64,000 bases of DNA from Hormiphora californensis (lineage: Eukaryota > Animalia > Ctenophora). The DNA lies in contig CM035350.1 of assembly GCA_020137815.1 (NCBI GenBank), positions 9,672,001-9,736,000 on the forward strand, written 5' to 3'. The notes beneath the pieces were generated by a model. It searched no databases. It saw only the letters and a program-made list of their open reading frames with translations, and had not been told where the DNA came from. The position numbers were made by a program, and so were the translations under genes. Positions 59,701 through 64,000 of the stretch are shown in pieces (positions within the stretch are counted from its first letter, which is position 1; each line of letters opens with the position of its first letter).

Positions 59701-61849
59701 GTATAGACAGGGACTCGGATCACACTCGTCACTCTCTGTATCACATGTGTCCCCCTCATACCCAGGTATACAGTCGCACGTGTAGGACGATATCCCGTCC
59801 ATACACCTTCCATACACACAGGCGGTGTTGTTGGCACAATCGTCAATGTTCACCTCACATCTCTCCCCTGTGAACCCGTCCTTGCAGGTGCAGGTAAACC
59901 TGCTCTCTTCACAGTCTTTACATTCGGAACAGGAGCCCCCGTTTTGACAGAGATCTCCATCGGTACACGGGTCTCGGAGGTTCTTGCAGAGTTTCCCGCC
60001 GTAACCAGGACGACAGGTACAGGTGTAACCTGCCACCCCATCCACGCAGGTAGCCCCATTCCGACAGGTGTGACCGACACAATCATCAATGTTGACATCA
60101 CACCACTGGCCCTCCCACCCCGCATCACAATCACACACCTCTTCCTCCCCTCCATCAGTCTCAACCACCTGGCAGATGCCGTTCTGGCCACACGGGCTGA
60201 TCTTGCAGGGCGGGTGTAGCAACTCACAGTGGTCACCATGGTAACGCTCTGAACACTCACACGTGTACCCTTCACCATCCACTACACATGTCCCATCATT
60301 CAGGCACGGTTCACCACTACATGTGTCAATGTTTGTATCACAGTTGACCCCAACCCAGCCCTCCTCGCAGGTACAGTTGTACCCACCCTGACCGTCCTGA
60401 CATGTTCCGTGGACACAAGGAGCACTCTCACACTCGTCAACTCCCTCCCCACACAGCGAGCCCGTCCACCCGTCATAGCAGATGCAGGCGAAGGTACAGG
60501 AATTGGGAACGGGCAGACAGAGACCATTGTTACAGGGCCCAGTGAGGGATCCGTTACAGAAGTCTATCTCATCTTGGCAGAGCTGACCAGTAAAGGCACA
60601 TGGGCAGGAACATGTGAAATTGTTGGGCAGGTCCAGGCAAGTTCCACCGTTCAGACATTCAACCTGGTAGAGAGCACACTCATCCACCTCAACCTCACAA
60701 TGTATACCCTCGAAACCTGTAGGGGAGAGTCAAGTTACCATGGTTACCACATCATATTAATAATCTAACTCTAGGGACAGTCCAGAACATCTAAGTATCA
60801 TGGCCCCAAATTACCTGTTCCAGAACAATCACAGTGCTTCTGGTTGTCCTTGACAACACACTCCCCGTTGTTAAGGCAGTCCCCAGGCTCACACCTCGCC
60901 ATCTCTACCTCACACATTTCACCGAAAAACCTGCAGAGACAGGGGGCTATGAGCTGTTAATATATCTTGTTGTTGCTAGGGGTGGGGTTACTAAGGGGTA
61001 CAGTGCTTGTTACCATGGTAACATATAGTTGTTGCTAAGGTATCTATTACTTGTTACCATGGTAACACCTACCATTTAGGACAGGTACAGGTATAACCTG
61101 CCACTCCATCCACACAGATTCCCCCATTTATACAGGTATGGTTGGTGCACTCGTCTATGTTAATTTCACAGAGAGTACCATTGAATCCTTCCACACAGTC
61201 GCAGGAAAAACTGAAAGAGAGGTATTAATTAATTACTAATATTAATTACTAATTAACTCCAGTTACAAATTGGAACAGCTGGTATATTCGAGATTAGTTC
61301 ATTTAAAAAAAAACAGTGAACTATGTTAATTCCTCACCCTCCGATGTTATTGGTACAGTTGGCCCCATTTAAGCAGGGTGATACTCCATCCACACACTCA
61401 GTCCACGTCCTACCTGACAGGTGGGACCCGTCCACTGCTCAGGACAGCTGCAGTTAAAGGACCCCAGCCCGTCCGTACAGGTGCCACCATTCACACAGGG
61501 GTCACCCTTACAATCATCGATATTTTCAGCACACAGCTCCCCTGCAGAGAGAGAGAGGAGCTGGGTTATCATGGGAGGGTGATTTACACGGCATGCAGAG
61601 TCACCAAATTATGGAAAACTAGTAGTAGGGAACATTTCCTGTTTTATATATTTGAAGTGACGGGGGGATGAAGGGATATCGTGGGGAGACAGGAAGATCT
61701 TTGTAGAAGGAATGAAGGTAATGTTGCATAATGCATAATTCATAAACACGTATCCAAAGTATCGCTTTATATAAGAGATCTATGGAATATGTGATCGGCC
61801 TTGCTCGCCCCAGTCAAATGGATCCTAGAAACTATTATCTCTTTATCTC

Positions 61850-61946
<97 letters not shown>

Positions 61947-61981
61947 TCTCTCCTCTCTCTCTCTCTCTCCTCTCTCTCTCT

Positions 61982-62054
<73 letters not shown>

Positions 62055-63876
62055 CCTCTCTCCCTCTAACCTGTAAAGTGTTCGGTACAGCGGCACTCAT
62101 ATTCCTTCTCACTCAGGTCCACACACTCCGCCCCATTCTTACAAGGGCTCTTCCCGAACAGGCAGTAACCAATGTAAATGGAGCAGTTCCATCCCGCCCA
62201 GGCAAGCTCGCATTCGCAGCTGTAGGCGTTCACCTCGTCAATACAGGTGCCATGGGCCCCACATGGCGGGTCGGGGGTTAGGGAACACTCGTCCACGTTG
62301 ATCTCACATCGGTCACCAATATAACCTGTAGCATGGGGAAATATATGAGCTTTAAATATAAGGAGCTGGGGATATCTCCTACTCATTATCATGTCACAAT
62401 AACTAAAGGCAATATATCATCTAAAAATAATTATATTAATTATCTAATTAATCAATTACCTGCCGGACAAGTACACTCGAAGAGATCCTCATTAACATTC
62501 CTACAGGGTGCATCCTGCTCACAGGGGTCACTATCACACGGCGCTTCTCGTTCCTCACAGTACTCCCCCTTAAAACCATTCGCACAATCGCACCTGATAT
62601 ATGATAAACTATTATGAAAATATACCAGGAACCGACCAAATCAGGAAATACTGGTCCCTGATTGGCTGATAACCAGTCACGTGACCTAAATAACGAGTTC
62701 TGATTGGTTGTTTAATTGTGTCGGTCGGTTCCTAGGATATACAGATTTTGTTACGCAGTTCATGTGCTGTCTGGCCCCTAATACGCTTCGAGCTTTCGCG
62801 GAGTAGAGGGGTATATTTTCAAACACCCAGTTTGATTCTTAGTGCGCTCATATCGATCTGGGTCGCCAGACAGTGCTTGTGAAGCAAACCTACACAAACA
62901 CTGTATGGCGGCGCCATACCCCGTTTGATTCTTAGTGCGCTCAGATGGGTCGCCAGACAGTGCTAGTGTAGCAAACCCACAAGCACAATTACACAGTCTG
63001 AGAGACTAGGAACGTGCCATGTTTTGTATCAATTTGTATTTCATCAAATCATCATGGCCACGTACCTGTAATCAGCGATGAGGTCGACACACGTGGCCCC
63101 ATTTAGACAGTTATCACCGTGAACCTCACACTCATCTAGATCCTCGTCACAATGTGTTCCCTTCCACCCTGCCGGACAGATACACCGGAAGGAGAGGGGC
63201 ACGTTAATACACATTCCATTATTACAGATATTCGGATCCTCCGCGCACTCATTAATGTCCACACACTGCCCGTCGCTTCCTTTCTTCTCGAAACCACGCA
63301 TACACTCACACTCGTATGAGTTGATACCATCTACACAACGCGAGAACCTGGTGAGATGTAGCAGGGTGAGTTGGAATGCTGGCACATGCAGTCCTGAACA
63401 CTACTCCTTCATAAACACAGACGTTGCTCCTTCATAAACACAGACACTGCTCCTTCATAAAACCAACACTTACAAGATTCCTTGACAGGGGTTATCCTCA
63501 CAATCATTAGCGTTCACCTCACACAGCTCCCCACTGAGGCCCTCCGGACAGATGCACGTGTAATCGTGGAGGGATCCCAGACACTCTACATCATGGGTAC
63601 AATTGTTCTCCAGTTTACAGCTATTCTCAACCAGCAACTGGCACTGTTCCCCCTCGTACTCCCGGTCACAATTACACGTGAAGGTGTGGTTTCCCTCGTG
63701 GTACTCACACTCCCCGCCATTTAGACAGGGATCTGCGAAACAGAAGCTTTCCTGTTTCTCGCATGTTCGGCCGTTGTAACCCATGGGACACTGGCAGGTG
63801 GTGTCTCCCTCGTCCACACATGCTCCCCCATTCTTACAGGATAGGCAGGGGTCTATCCAGTGCTCACAACCATCAC
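53723..63876 (-). CDS. Large secreted EGF-repeat / laminin-G protein, eyes-shut (EYS)/crumbs-ectodomain-like; 5' end outside the window
   Basis: Dozens of Ca-binding EGF repeats (DIDEC..CxNGGxC), then LamG domains alternating with EGFs. Final LamG ([21 protein letters not shown]...DGKWH...FEGCI) is followed by a stop with no TM. About 7 small exons at 63876-60814 and one ~7-kb terminal exon 60716-53723 with several apparent indel errors. Confidence 0.85.
62626..62734. mobile_element. ~110-bp intronic MITE
   Basis: TIR CAGGAACCGACC...GGTCGGTTCCT. A partial near-identical copy (CCTGATTGGCTGATAACCAGTCACRTGACCTAAATAACGAG) is at 17266-17343. Confidence 0.75.
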
Positions 63877-64000
63877 CTGGTGGGAAGGAGATAACTGGCT
63901 TAGAGGGTTGATTAAGATCTGTCTTGCTATGTTCTAACCCTCATTTACGGTGCGCGGTGAAACAGGGTCGAGCAAGGCAAATATTGGTCTCCATGCGGAT

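Noticed and set aside
53723-63876. Calling the EGF gene Notch
   Set aside because: No LNR, TM or ankyrin repeats; it ends in LamG domains.

Overview
Compact, intron-containing animal genomic DNA, not prokaryotic: it has GT-AG introns, a TGF-beta ligand, EGF/laminin-G and Sushi proteins. The style suggests a ctenophore-like marine invertebrate, which is only an inference. Reading through the splice sites gives about 12 genes: a lone Sushi exon (-), calaxin/EFCAB1 (+), a bacterial-looking GT92/DUF23 glycosyltransferase (+), SERINC (+), DDX1 (+), a TGF-beta-type ligand (-), a heat-shock factor (-) with an orphan membrane-protein gene nested antisense in its last intron, a COMMD8-like gene (-), a PAP2 lipid phosphatase (-), DDX5/DBP2 (+), a probably GPI-anchored Sushi protein (-) and the 3' part of an EYS-like EGF/LamG gene (-). 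Repeats include a 5'-truncated L2/CR1-group LINE with intact ORF2, many palindromic MITEs (TTAA, TA, 8-bp and 9-bp TSDs), microsatellites and minisatellites. The most striking signal is that the intronic minisatellites are amplified copies of the host gene's own splice junctions. SERINC has 25 copies of branch point + acceptor + exon start, the Sushi gene about 24 copies of branch point + acceptor, and the orphan gene 7 copies of exon end + donor. In each case only the copy next to the rest of the exon is productive. Other highlights are a candidate poison exon in the conserved autoregulatory DDX5/DBP2 intron and a TGF-beta latency motif with the LTBP/GARP-type cysteine. Scattered single-base frameshifts in conserved genes are most likely consensus errors. 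All exon coordinates were read by eye and may be off by a few bases.
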